Positions 47,891 through 58,120 of a stretch of DNA of 64,000 bases are shown here, in pieces. The notes beneath the pieces were generated by a model. The model was not told where the DNA came from. It worked only from the letters and a program-made list of their open reading frames with translations, and ran no database searches. Made by a program: the position numbers and the translations under genes. Within the stretch, counting starts at the first letter, position 1; each line of letters begins with the position of its first letter. The DNA lies in the IMG/VR virus record IMGVR_UViG_3300009506_000008, positions 1-64,000 of that record. One strand, written 5' to 3'. The stretch is from a virus.

Positions 47891-48412
47891 TCTTGAACCT
47901 CCTTGCAGCAATTGAACAGAACGGGATACAGCTGAATTTTTCCGGGTAGGAACGGACATTGGAAAAGTCCATCTGAATCCTGTTCTACTCTTGGTCGTAT
48001 AGGGGAGAAGCGTCGCGCACGTGAGCTGGTCGTCCGATCCTCGCGGGTACGGCTAACGTCACCCCCCACCTAGCCCGTTGACCCCGCCGCTCCGCTCCAG
48101 GTGGGTTGCACCTATCTTGGCAGAGCTCCAACCCCGTGCGGCCTAGCTTGAACAGATGGCGTCGGCGCGGTATTGGAGAGGTGGCCTGCGTGGACTTCCG
48201 ATACTCTTGGTGGCCCGTATCGGGCGCAGGCTCGTTGGGTTAGGAAGTGAGCATATTTCGCCCAAATCCCGCGTGCTGCGACTCCCGTTGTCAAAGACCG
48301 ATCCTGCGGTTGACCCCCCCTGACAGGGCGCTCCCGTGGCCGGAAGCGGCCTGTCAGGGGAAGGGTCGGCCTGGGCGGCCGATCCTTCCTGGATCCCGAC
48401 TTGCGCGGTAGG

Positions 48413-48751
48413 CTAACTGGCGCGGTATTCTCCCGCTTTTTCGGCCGCTTGCATGGTCGCCTGGTTGAAGCTGAGGCTACCGTCGGCCGCTTCGATAACG
48501 ATGGAACCGAATCTTTTCGCGAGGTGGCGAAGGTGGCACTTCACGCGGCCGATGAGCGCCTTATGGGCTTCTTGTCCGTGGCCGCCACGGCCGCTGTTTT
48601 TCCTTTGCGCTTGTGGGTACTCGCCACCGGCTTTGCCGATGTGGAGCTCATCGGCAATACCGCGAATGTCACGGCCGCCAAACAGGATAAGGGAATCAAT
48701 CCTGGCCGCCTGGGAGTCTACATTGTGACCGAGAAAGTTTTTCTGTGACAT
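48413..48751 (-). CDS. First gene of the early arm; winged-helix-like protein
   Basis: AAAGG RBS; similar to the C-terminal domain of 27931-28698. Confidence 0.7.
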   Translation of the reverse strand: MSQKNFLGHNVDSQAARIDSLILFGGRDIRGIADELHIGKAGGEYPQAQRKNSGRGGHGQEAHKALIGRVKCHLRHLAKRFGSIVIEAADGSLSFNQATMQAAEKAGEYRAS

Positions 48752-50196
48752 GGTGTTCTACCTTTCTGACCGCCTCAGCGGCCGTCGGTTTCCGCGAATC
48801 GGGCTGATCCGCGGGGTGGAACTTTTTATTTTTTAGTTATGCGCGAAGTGTGCCGAAGAGATGAAATCGCGCTGAAAAACATTGTTTGTTTCAGTCGGAT
48901 CATCCCGCAATCAGCCGGAATCGCCCGGAAACAAAGGGAAAAATTATTTTTGCCTATGCTAAGATTTCCAACAAAAATCACGGCACATCAATTGCACAGC
49001 AAACGATGTTTTCATGAAATACTGCGCGAACACACACACCTCATGGACGCAGTTTGCTCTTACAAGTGTTACAAACCAGGGACTTTTCCGCGAGAATACA
49101 GGCTTTTTTGCACTGTGCGAAATCGCGCACCCCTACTGCGCAGAATCGCGCAGTATTCCAAGCAAAGCATGATTCGCGGTACTAGACTGGACAGCCCATC
49201 GCTTATCTATTACATAAGGGAAAACGAGTGTCAGTTGACAAACGCCACCTTTGCAGAAACAAACATGACACTTTCAGGGGATCAAGAAAAGGGAAAACGA
49301 TACCTGAACGGGATGGGCGGGAATGTATGCAAAGGAAGTGTCAGGTTTCAGAGTAAGGGAATAGGGGAAAAGGTTCCGGCCATCCATACATACCGGCGAT
49401 CAACAAAGAGCACAATGAAATCCCTACCAACTGAAGAGACAATTGAGACGATGACACGATCAGTTCCACACTACGCTGTCAGGGGATTGATCGGCCTATT
49501 GTTGACACGGCCGATGCTGGTAGGGGTGTCCGATACCCGACCAAGGGAGGCAGGGTAAGCCGTTTGGGCCCCCGTAGGTAGTATCATCAGTAGGCCCCTG
49601 GTTATGAAAACCTTGGTTTAGTAAAGGAATCAGGGACATGCTAAGGTTGATACATGATTATTGAAAGAGATTAAAGAACAAAGAGTGAGGTGCCGATAAA
49701 GCCTGAAAAGGTTTTCATCAATGTAGGGGGCTGGTTAAGTTGACGTTGACTTTTGCACATTTTCGTTGACGAATACTCATGAAGTATTTTTTATCATGAG
49801 TATTCCGAATCTCCCCCGGTAAAAAATCTTCAAGGGAACGAAATCACCCGTTACGTCCAAGCGGTTATAGGATTTTTGGTCTCTTCCAAGGAAGGAAGGT
49901 GTTTTTGCCTGAAAAAGAGGTGTTGATTCTTCATGGAGAAAGCATCAATGATATTTTGTGTGTGTCAAATGCCGATGACATGTCCATAGTGGTATTGAAC
50001 GCTATAGTGATGTTGATATTGATACTGGTCATTGATTCGTGGAGGAGGAAATAGGTGGTCTTGAATTGGTTTTGGATAGAAAATATGTGGTTTTGAATTC
50101 TATGGAAGAGAAAAAAGTGGTTTACATGCGAGTGACATGAGGTGTACCCTTTGTGATGTGAAGGACAAAAGGTTGTTTTGAACGGAGGACGATATT
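48752..50196. other. Large, more AT-rich divergent intergenic region
   Basis: No convincing gene; separates the early (-) and late (+) arms; contains palindromes. Confidence 0.55.
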
Positions 50197-50877
50197 ATGC
50201 CAAGAACCAAGAACCCGAACGGGAACAGAAGGGATCAAAAAGCCATACGGACCGAGTACGGGTACAAGTATGACTATGACGATGACAGGCATCCCCACTT
50301 GGCATACGTCGCTTGCGCCGAACATGGGCTAACAAACAGAGAGTTGGCCAAGTTGTTCGGGGTGGCGGAGAGTACCATCAAGAGCTGGATCAAGAATCAT
50401 GAGCTCTTCGGGAGGGCTGTCAGGGACGGGAAAGACGAGTTCGACCTGGAAAAGGCCGAGAATGCCTTGTTCAGAAGAGTCACGGGGTTCGAGGTTGAGG
50501 AAACCAAAGTAGTGGACAATGCCAAAAACGGCAGGACGGTGGAGGTAAGGAGGAAAACGATCCTGCCAGACGTGTTGGCTTGCATATTCTGGCTGAGAAA
50601 CAGGAACTCCGAGCGTTGGAAGGATGTCAGGAACGTCAAACAAGACGGGCATGTCAAGCACGACCACGAGCACAGTTTCAAGGAGTCCAACGAGAGACTG
50701 GATCTCGACAAACTATCGGTAGAAGAGTTGGAGAACTTGCATGGCATCCTCGCCAAGGCGGAGAACCAAATTTCCCGCAAAAGGGAGTACGACCCAAAAG
50801 ACTTCGAAGCCATCACTGCCGGACAGGATATTGGTGGAGAAGGCTCTCGCGGAAAGAGACCTCGGTCACTTCATTAG
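50197..50877 (+). CDS. terS: Terminase small subunit
   Basis: HTH (GLTNRELAKLFGVAESTIKSW), ENALFRRVTG, PDVLACIFWLRNR...WKD. Confidence 0.85.
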   Translation: MPRTKNPNGNRRDQKAIRTEYGYKYDYDDDRHPHLAYVACAEHGLTNRELAKLFGVAESTIKSWIKNHELFGRAVRDGKDEFDLEKAENALFRRVTGFEVEETKVVDNAKNGRTVEVRRKTILPDVLACIFWLRNRNSERWKDVRNVKQDGHVKHDHEHSFKESNERLDLDKLSVEELENLHGILAKAENQISRKREYDPKDFEAITAGQDIGGEGSRGKRPRSLH

Positions 50878-52474
50878 ACAAGCCTGGCATGTGTTAGAGC
50901 CAGGAACTCCGTACATTCATGGTTGGCATATTGACGCTATAGGAGAGCATCTTCAGGCTGTTGACGAGGGGGAGATCCGCAGACTTTGCATCAACATTCC
51001 CCCTCGTCACATGAAGAGCACCGAGGTAAGTGTCTGTTGGCCTGTATGGAGTTGGATTAAGCGACCTTGGATCCGGTGGTTGTTCTCTTCATATGCGTAC
51101 AATCTGTCCATTCGAGACTCTGTCAAAGCGCGGCGTCTCATCAATTCTAGGTGGTTTCAAGACAGGTGGAGCGATAAGTTCCAGCTTGTAGGAGATCAGA
51201 ACGAGAAAACACGGTATGAGAATGACAAGTCAGGATTCAGGATAGCCACTTCTGTAGGGGGACTTGGAACGGGGGAGGGGGGTGACAGAATAGTAGTAGA
51301 CGACCCGCACAACGTCAGAGAAGCCGAATCAGACACTGTTCGAGGAGGCGTGGCGTTGTGGTGGGACGAGGTTATGAGCACTCGTATCAATAATCCCAAC
51401 ACAGGGGCCTTTGTCATCATCATGCAGAGGGTTCACGACAACGACTTAGCTGGTCACGTGTTGGCAAAAGGGGGGTACACGCATTTGTGCCTTCCGGCGA
51501 GGTATGAGCCAAGGATACAGATAGAGCTCCATGTACATCCAAGCACTGAATATCGCTTTCAAGACCCCCGTGTAGAACCGGGGGAGCTATTGTGGCCTGA
51601 GCGATTTGACGAGCGGGCTTTATCTGACATCGAAAAAGACCTCGGGGAGTATGCGGTCGCCGGCCAACTTCAACAGCGTCCCGCTCCCAGAGAAGGTGGT
51701 ATTTTCAAGAAACATTGGTGGAGATTTTGGCAGCGTCCGGGTCAGAATCTTCCCGCAGTGACCTTTCAAAGATCGGACGGCGGTGGTTGGAACTGTCCTG
51801 TAGTAACCATTCCCCATGCGTTAGACGAAGAGTCCGTGGATCCCTTGAAATACGATCAATCTTGGGATATGTCCTTCAAGGACACGTCTTCGAGCGATAT
51901 GGTCGTGGGGCAACTGTGGGCTCAGCCTATGCACCTGTGTGAAAATGGAGATGGGTTGACCTTCGGACCCGCTGATGCGTTCTTAATAGATGAGGTTCGA
52001 GGGCGCAAAAACTTTCCTGTCAGCGTGAAAGCTGTCATAGAGTTCAAACGGAAGTACCCAATGACGCGGAGGATTTGGGTAGAGGACAAAGCAAACGGTC
52101 CCGCCGTCATTGCTGTTCTCAAGTCCCAGATCCCCGGCCTCATTGCGGTTACTCCGCAGGGCGACAAAGAGGCGCGAGCTTCTGCTTGCACTTTTGCCAT
52201 TGAATCGGGTAATGTGTATCTCCCTCACCCCCACAATGCTCCTTGGATTTTGGACTGGATCGACGAGTTAGGGGGCTTTCCCAAGAAGACATTCGATGAC
52301 CGAGTCGATGCTGCAACTCAGGCTCTGCTGAAGTTAGTGGTGAAAGCGGCAGGCATCCGGCTAGGGGGTCAGCAGCACTGGATACGGTCGTTGATGAAGA
52401 AACCAAAGGGTCCGATGGGCTTTGTCGCTAAGAAACGCGGTGCTCAGATAGGAGGCATCAGTTATGGCAGATAG
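50741..52474 (+). CDS. terL: Terminase large subunit
   Basis: INIPPRHMKST, TGEGGD, VVDDPH, IMQR, YAVAGQLQQRP, SWD, EDKANG, DDRVDA. Confidence 0.95.
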   Translation: MASSPRRRTKFPAKGSTTQKTSKPSLPDRILVEKALAERDLGHFIRQAWHVLEPGTPYIHGWHIDAIGEHLQAVDEGEIRRLCINIPPRHMKSTEVSVCWPVWSWIKRPWIRWLFSSYAYNLSIRDSVKARRLINSRWFQDRWSDKFQLVGDQNEKTRYENDKSGFRIATSVGGLGTGEGGDRIVVDDPHNVREAESDTVRGGVALWWDEVMSTRINNPNTGAFVIIMQRVHDNDLAGHVLAKGGYTHLCLPARYEPRIQIELHVHPSTEYRFQDPRVEPGELLWPERFDERALSDIEKDLGEYAVAGQLQQRPAPREGGIFKKHWWRFWQRPGQNLPAVTFQRSDGGGWNCPVVTIPHALDEESVDPLKYDQSWDMSFKDTSSSDMVVGQLWAQPMHLCENGDGLTFGPADAFLIDEVRGRKNFPVSVKAVIEFKRKYPMTRRIWVEDKANGPAVIAVLKSQIPGLIAVTPQGDKEARASACTFAIESGNVYLPHPHNAPWILDWIDELGGFPKKTFDDRVDAATQALLKLVVKAAGIRLGGQQHWIRSLMKKPKGPMGFVAKKRGAQIGGISYGR

Positions 52475-54044
52475 CACCAGGCAGATCGACACCACTCATA
52501 AGGAATATGAGAAGTATTCCTCTGATTGGCAACTATATCATGATTCCTATCACGGGGAGGGAGGATTCGCCGACGGGACGTATTTGGTGGCGCATCCTTT
52601 GGAATTGGATGACAACGGCACCGAGTCGGCGTCGTTCAAGAAGAGGAAGGAGGTTGCCTGGTACCTCAACTTCCCGGCTTTCATCATCGACGCCAAACAC
52701 GCTCATCTTTTCAAGCGGCCCATCGTTCGTTCAACGAAGAACAAGGAACTTCAAGCCTTCCTAGAGAACTGCGACGGGAAAGGAACCAAGTACGGGGACT
52801 TTCTCGACGACATCCAACAGGATGCCCAAGTCTTCGGTCATATGTTCATCTTTATGGACAGACCGATGGCCCCGGAACTCAAGAACAGACCCGTAGTGAC
52901 GAAGGCTGACGAGATGGCTGCGGGGCTTCGTCCCTATGTGTACGCTTGCACCCCTCAAGAGGTTATTGACTGGGCTGTTGACCGCCGCGGAAACTTTGAG
53001 TGGATCAAAGTGCGTGAAGTCCATACCGTGTATGAGGGGTATGCGTTAGGCCAGACTAATCCGATGGCGAAGCGGGAAGAGAAGACCTACATCAGGATTT
53101 GGACTCGCGTTGAGACGATTCTGTTCGATGAGCAGGGTGGTCCGGTCCCCGGTTATCGAGATGCTCATAACTTGGGCATTGTTCCTTGCGTGGTCCTGTA
53201 CAACAAGAAGGGGAAGAAGGGGGAATTGAGCGGTTCCTCGGAGATCAGCAAGATCGCTCCGGTCAACAAGCGGTTGTATAACGCTCTGAGCGAACTGGAC
53301 GAATGGCTGCGAAATCAAGCCTTCTCCATCCTTACCATTCCTCTTATGCCCGAGGACGAAATACCGAAGGACGAAGACGGAAATCCACAGATTGGCGTTG
53401 CAACCAACCGTGCTCTAACCTATAACGGGGCTTCCCCTCGTGCTCCCGGCTTCATTAGTGCCGACGCTTCTCATGGAGAATCGTACGAGAAACGGATCGC
53501 GGCGTTGATTGAAGACATCCACCGCCTCGCGCACATGAAGTTCAAGGGAGGAGTGGTACAATCGGGGACTTCCTGGGCATTCGATTGGGAGGAAGTGAAC
53601 AATTCTCTCATGGGACAAGCGAATCTCTTGCGGGATGCTGATTCCAAGATTGTTCGTATTTGGATGAAATGGCAGGGAGTCAACACCGACAAGCTGGATT
53701 ACCAAGCAGAGTACCCGGAGACGTATTCCTTCAGCGATGAGGAAACGGAACTGGCGATGCTGCGCGATTTCAGTCTTACCGAGATGCCCTCGGTGGAATT
53801 CATGCGGGAGTTCTTCAAGAACCGCATTCGCCGGATTCTGCCTAACCTGACAAAGGAACAGTTGCAGAAGATTGATAGCGAGATTGACTCCTGGGATGGT
53901 CCGGCGAAGGACGAAACCCCGGAGAGCAATTTCGACCGTTGGACACAAGGTCAAATTCAATCCGATCGCAACCGGACCATGAAGGGGGATGAAAAGCCTC
54001 CTACTGAAAGTTCAGGGAAGGACAATTCAGGTCAATCTATGTAG
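52464..54044 (+). CDS. Portal protein
   Basis: 526 aa directly after TerL; HNLGIVPCV, QSG and helical content typical of portals. Confidence 0.8.
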   Translation: MADSTRQIDTTHKEYEKYSSDWQLYHDSYHGEGGFADGTYLVAHPLELDDNGTESASFKKRKEVAWYLNFPAFIIDAKHAHLFKRPIVRSTKNKELQAFLENCDGKGTKYGDFLDDIQQDAQVFGHMFIFMDRPMAPELKNRPVVTKADEMAAGLRPYVYACTPQEVIDWAVDRRGNFEWIKVREVHTVYEGYALGQTNPMAKREEKTYIRIWTRVETILFDEQGGPVPGYRDAHNLGIVPCVVLYNKKGKKGELSGSSEISKIAPVNKRLYNALSELDEWLRNQAFSILTIPLMPEDEIPKDEDGNPQIGVATNRALTYNGASPRAPGFISADASHGESYEKRIAALIEDIHRLAHMKFKGGVVQSGTSWAFDWEEVNNSLMGQANLLRDADSKIVRIWMKWQGVNTDKLDYQAEYPETYSFSDEETELAMLRDFSLTEMPSVEFMREFFKNRIRRILPNLTKEQLQKIDSEIDSWDGPAKDETPESNFDRWTQGQIQSDRNRTMKGDEKPPTESSGKDNSGQSM

Positions 54045-54053
54045 GAGGATGCC

Positions 54054-54350
54054 ATGGAACCTGCGGCTGAACCTGGAGCTGCCACTTTAGGCGCTCACGA
54101 AGAGAGGAAACGGAAACGAGCTCAACTGCGAAGAGTTGCAAAGATCATGGAAGAGAAGCGGAATAGGTACGATCAGATCCTTTTGGGTTATCAAAAGGGG
54201 ACCGGTTTGGTTTATGTGGAAGTGAAGGGGCATGACGATCCCAAGAGTAGCGTCATGTGGAAAGAGGGTGAGCGCCTGCCCCGCAAGTTCCGCATTCATC
54301 TCATAAAACAGATGTTCAGGATCATCTTCGGAAAAGGCAGCATCGGCTAG
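54054..54350 (+). CDS. Hypothetical protein
   Basis: AGGAGG RBS. Confidence 0.55.
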   Translation: MEPAAEPGAATLGAHEERKRKRAQLRRVAKIMEEKRNRYDQILLGYQKGTGLVYVEVKGHDDPKSSVMWKEGERLPRKFRIHLIKQMFRIIFGKGSIG

Positions 54351-55601
54351 ATGGCCTTCATTGCCAAGCTGGAGCTAGATCCCAGGGAACAGATTGCGAA
54401 GTCCATCCGCGAGTCGGATCGGACGATCCGGTCTATTCTGAATGAACTGGCTGCGGCAACTACTACCTTGGTAGTAGGTGAAAAGAACATTGGTAAGATC
54501 GAAAAGGCGATAGCAAAGGCTTTCGACACTATCGTGGAAGCGGAATCATCCCTGTTGGAGGCGGGCATCGCCACCGCTATCGAGGAAGTCAACTCTATGT
54601 ATGTGAGGGAGTTAGTGGCAACGTTCCCCCTGCCAGACCTCCTTTCTGTCAAGATCGAACTCCAGCGCCCGAACGTAGAAGCGGCAGCGTGGTTTCAAGA
54701 GATGCGTGCTGTCCAGATTCAAGGGGGAAATGAAGCAGTGTTCTCCCTTAGTCAGAAGATATGGCAATTTGGGCAGGAATCGCGGGAAGCTCTGTTAACC
54801 AGACTTCGCAACATCATCCACGACGGGACCGCCGCTCAGACTGCTGCTGAACAGATAGCGGCTCTGACAGAGATCACTCCCATCACAAACATCTACATAG
54901 AGGACCTCAAGCGCACCATTGCACGGTTGCACGGAGAACTGTCTACTCAAACTCGGGCTTCCATCCGAAATATAATCAAGGAGTACACTGCCTATGCTCA
55001 ACGTCAACTTGCCTCGGGGGCCGCCCAGGTCCTCAGAATACCTACGCAGAAGTTGGTGGAGGAGGTGTCCAAAGCAACCACCGTAGAGGCTGTTCAATCT
55101 GCAATTGACAGGTGGATGCGAGAGAAAGCCCTATATCATGCCAGAACGCTAGCGCGGACAGAACTTAACCGGGCGTTCAATGAGAACATGAGGAGGCGAG
55201 CGGAGAACTCACCGACCACGATTGGTTGGAAGGTTAGCCTGTCGCCTTCCCATCCGCGCCCGGACATTTGTGATGACTTGGTAGGCGATTTCTACTTCAG
55301 GGACGGGTTCAAAGGGATGCGATTGCCTCCCTGGCACCCCAACTGTATGTGTATCGCCCAGCCTATAATCGACACCGGCTACTTCAAGAGGATGCAGAAG
55401 CAACTTGAAACAGGGCGAGTGACTCTGGATGAGTTCACGGCAGAGGTTCTGGGGGAGAACGTAACTAAAGCAGCACTTCGCCAGGCTTTGTCGGTCAAAA
55501 CACTCATTCCCCGTCATGTGTTGAAGAACTTGCCGAAGTCGCAACTTGTAAAGTTCCTCACGATGTCGGACGAAGAGATACGAGCCTTTGTGGGACGGTA
55601 G
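54351..55601 (+). CDS. MuF/gp7-like minor head protein
   Basis: LARTELNRA, DICD, PPWHPNCMC. Confidence 0.85.
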   Translation: MAFIAKLELDPREQIAKSIRESDRTIRSILNELAAATTTLVVGEKNIGKIEKAIAKAFDTIVEAESSLLEAGIATAIEEVNSMYVRELVATFPLPDLLSVKIELQRPNVEAAAWFQEMRAVQIQGGNEAVFSLSQKIWQFGQESREALLTRLRNIIHDGTAAQTAAEQIAALTEITPITNIYIEDLKRTIARLHGELSTQTRASIRNIIKEYTAYAQRQLASGAAQVLRIPTQKLVEEVSKATTVEAVQSAIDRWMREKALYHARTLARTELNRAFNENMRRRAENSPTTIGWKVSLSPSHPRPDICDDLVGDFYFRDGFKGMRLPPWHPNCMCIAQPIIDTGYFKRMQKQLETGRVTLDEFTAEVLGENVTKAALRQALSVKTLIPRHVLKNLPKSQLVKFLTMSDEEIRAFVGR

Positions 55602-55613
55602 GCCACAAAACTC

Positions 55614-55642
55614 TTTACGCGGGGCTTGTGGTCGGTTATACT
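55614..55642 (+). promoter_or_regulatory. sigma70-like promoter for scaffold and capsid genes
   Basis: TTTACG-17 nt-TATACT. Confidence 0.65.
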
Positions 55643-55772
55643 AGCTGAGATCAAGTCCGGTGACGTGTCCGCCCACTGATCCGGCAAGGAAGGGCTAGAT
55701 GCCCTGGTAAAAAGTGAATAGGGGGCTTGATGCTCCCGACTCCAAGAAGGGGTTAGAAACCCCAGGAGGAAA

Positions 55773-56624
55773 GTGATGAAGAAGAAAATCGTCCGGTTCA
55801 AAGGCAAACGGCACAACCTGTACTTCAACGACGAGGGTCCTCAGCATCTCATTCCCCTCGACAAGGACGGGAAGGAAGTTCCCAACGTCAAGATCGAGGA
55901 GTTTGAGGAGTCGGACATCGAAGAACTCAAGATGTTCGATGAGGAGTACGTAGGCCAGCTGCGGGACGAGAACAAGAAGACCCGCGAGGCGCTGGAATCC
56001 CTTCAGAAGCAGTTTGAGGGGTTGGACCCGGAGCAACTTCAGGAAATGGCGAAGAAGCTCAAGGATGCCGAAGATGCCAAGGAGAAGGAGCGTCAGGAGG
56101 CGCTGAAGAAGGAAGGCAAGTGGCAGGAGCTCATGGATCAGCAAAAGGCTGACTTCGAGAAGCAGTTGGATGCTGAGAAGACCCGAGCCGACACCGCTGT
56201 CAGAGACTTGGAAAGTTATCGGGTTTCCACGGTGCTTCGAGACCATGTATCTGTGGTGGAGAACATCGTTCCCGGTGCTGTCTCTCAGGTCGTTGACCTT
56301 CTCAAGCGTTTCGTCGTCGTCCAGAAAGAGGGTACGTTCAAGATTCTGGACGACGACATGACCTCGACGCGACTGAAGCCGGACAGTGCGGACCCTGCAA
56401 CGATCACCGATCTCGTCTCCGTCTTCATGGAGAAGAATCCTTGGTTTATCAAGGGTAGTGGAGCCGGGGCCGGGAGTGGCGGGGACGGAGGGGCTGGCGA
56501 AGGAGAAGTCAACCCCTGGAAGAAAGACACGTGGAATCTTACTCAGCAAGGGCAGATTACCAAGAACGATCCCAACAAAGCCAAGCGTATGAAGGTTGCG
56601 GCGGGAATGCGGGACGCTGCCTGA
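55773..56624 (+). CDS. Capsid scaffolding protein
   Basis: Coiled coil, Gly-rich linker, NPWKKDTWNLTQQG C-terminus; precedes the capsid gene. Confidence 0.85.
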   Translation: MMKKKIVRFKGKRHNLYFNDEGPQHLIPLDKDGKEVPNVKIEEFEESDIEELKMFDEEYVGQLRDENKKTREALESLQKQFEGLDPEQLQEMAKKLKDAEDAKEKERQEALKKEGKWQELMDQQKADFEKQLDAEKTRADTAVRDLESYRVSTVLRDHVSVVENIVPGAVSQVVDLLKRFVVVQKEGTFKILDDDMTSTRLKPDSADPATITDLVSVFMEKNPWFIKGSGAGAGSGGDGGAGEGEVNPWKKDTWNLTQQGQITKNDPNKAKRMKVAAGMRDAA

Positions 56625-56651
56625 GCACAACCGATTAGGAGGTAGTCAAGA

Positions 56652-57701
56652 ATGGCCGCTACCAAGATTGCGGACGTCATCGAACCTTCGGTGTTCAATC
56701 CGTACGTGATTGAGCGCACCGCTGAGCTGTCCGCTCTGTGGACCTCCGGGGTCGTATCCACGAACCCCGAGATCCAGGCCAGAGTGAACGGCGGCTCTCG
56801 ACTCATCAACATGCCCTTCTGGACGGACCTGACCGGCGACGATGAAGTGTTGGCGGACGATACGGCACTGACGCCCGGTGCCATCGGAACCGACATGGAT
56901 GTCGCCTGCAAGCACTTCAGAGGAAAAGCCTGGGGCGTGAACGACCTTGCCAAATCCCTCTCGGGGGATGACCCGATGGGCGCCATTGCGGATCTGGTTG
57001 CTGCGTATTGGGCCCGTCGGATGCAGGTGATGCTGATCAACACTCTCGCCGGTGTGTTCGCTGACAACATTGCGAACGATGCCGGTGACATGGTGAAAGA
57101 CATTCACGAAGCGGATGTTGACACCGACGGTGCCAAGCTGATCGGTGCGGACAGCATCATCGACACTCTCGGTACAATGGGTGACGCGTGGGAGAAGCTG
57201 GCTGCGATCATGATGCACTCGGTTCCCTTCCGAACCCTTCAAAAGGCCGACCTGATCACTTACGAAGAGATTGCTGCTGCTGACGTGAGTGGCACTGCTT
57301 CCATCGTTGCCCAGTCCGCTGGGTACACCGGGGCATCCACGAAGTCGCTCAAGATCCCGTACTACCTCGGGAAGCGGATCATCGTTGATGACGGGTGTCC
57401 CGCTGTTGCTGCCGCCACCTCCGGTATGAAGTACACCTCGTACTTCTTTGGTGCTGGGGCTGTCGGTTGGGCGGACGCTGCGCTTGACGAGGCTACCGAG
57501 ACTGACCGGGACAAGCTGGCTGGGGAGGACTACCTCATCCATCGTCGGCACTACATTCTCCATCCGCGTGGGATCAAGTGGCTGGATGACACCAAGGCTG
57601 GTGTTGGTCCGACGAATGCCGAGTGCGCCCTCGCTGCCAACTGGAACCGTGTGTATGAGCGGAAGAACATCAGGATTGCCGCTCTGATCACCAACGGCTA
57701 A
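56652..57701 (+). CDS. Major capsid protein
   Basis: TKIADVIEPSVFNPY, INMPFWTDL, RGKAWG, GDDPM, ETDRD, HPRG, NWNRVY. Confidence 0.92.
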   Translation: MAATKIADVIEPSVFNPYVIERTAELSALWTSGVVSTNPEIQARVNGGSRLINMPFWTDLTGDDEVLADDTALTPGAIGTDMDVACKHFRGKAWGVNDLAKSLSGDDPMGAIADLVAAYWARRMQVMLINTLAGVFADNIANDAGDMVKDIHEADVDTDGAKLIGADSIIDTLGTMGDAWEKLAAIMMHSVPFRTLQKADLITYEEIAAADVSGTASIVAQSAGYTGASTKSLKIPYYLGKRIIVDDGCPAVAAATSGMKYTSYFFGAGAVGWADAALDEATETDRDKLAGEDYLIHRRHYILHPRGIKWLDDTKAGVGPTNAECALAANWNRVYERKNIRIAALITNG

Positions 57702-57710
57702 AGAGAGTGT

Positions 57711-57737
57711 TGAAGGGGGAGACTTTCTCCCCCTTCA
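57711..57737 (+). terminator. Strong hairpin after the capsid gene (terminator or stabiliser)
   Basis: TGAAGGGGGAG/CTCCCCCTTCA stem; weak U-tract. Confidence 0.55.
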
Positions 57738-57758
57738 CACTTCAAGGGAGGTCCGCAC

Positions 57759-58049
57759 ATGAAGATTTATGTAACACAGGAACTCCAGGCCGATGCAACG
57801 TTGATCAAGCGATCCGATGGAATTCCCACAATTCACGCCGCTGCCGAAGACGATGGCGTCGCCGTGAAGATCCACGTTGACGGTGTCGGTGTTCTCGTCT
57901 TGACGTGCTTGGTGAACGCGACTGCTGACGGTGTCAATTACGCGGCAACAATGGTTCCGTACACCGGAGTTGGAGGAGATTCCATCACTCCAGTCGGTGA
58001 TACGGGGGCCGCTCCGGGCGTGACCGGCGCCATCGGTTCAACAACATAA
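57759..58049 (+). CDS. Small virion protein, possibly head decoration
   Basis: GGAGG RBS; follows the capsid gene. Confidence 0.55.
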   Translation: MKIYVTQELQADATLIKRSDGIPTIHAAAEDDGVAVKIHVDGVGVLVLTCLVNATADGVNYAATMVPYTGVGGDSITPVGDTGAAPGVTGAIGSTT

Positions 58050-58120
58050 CCTGCAAACATCGAGTCAGGGCGGGGAGGGACGGGTTCCCTCCCCCGTTCC
58101 TCCATCCGAGGAGGTTGAGT

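Noticed and set aside
48839-49558. 239-aa + strand ORF in the divergent region
   Set aside because: No RBS, atypical composition and no motifs; treated as non-coding, although not strictly excluded
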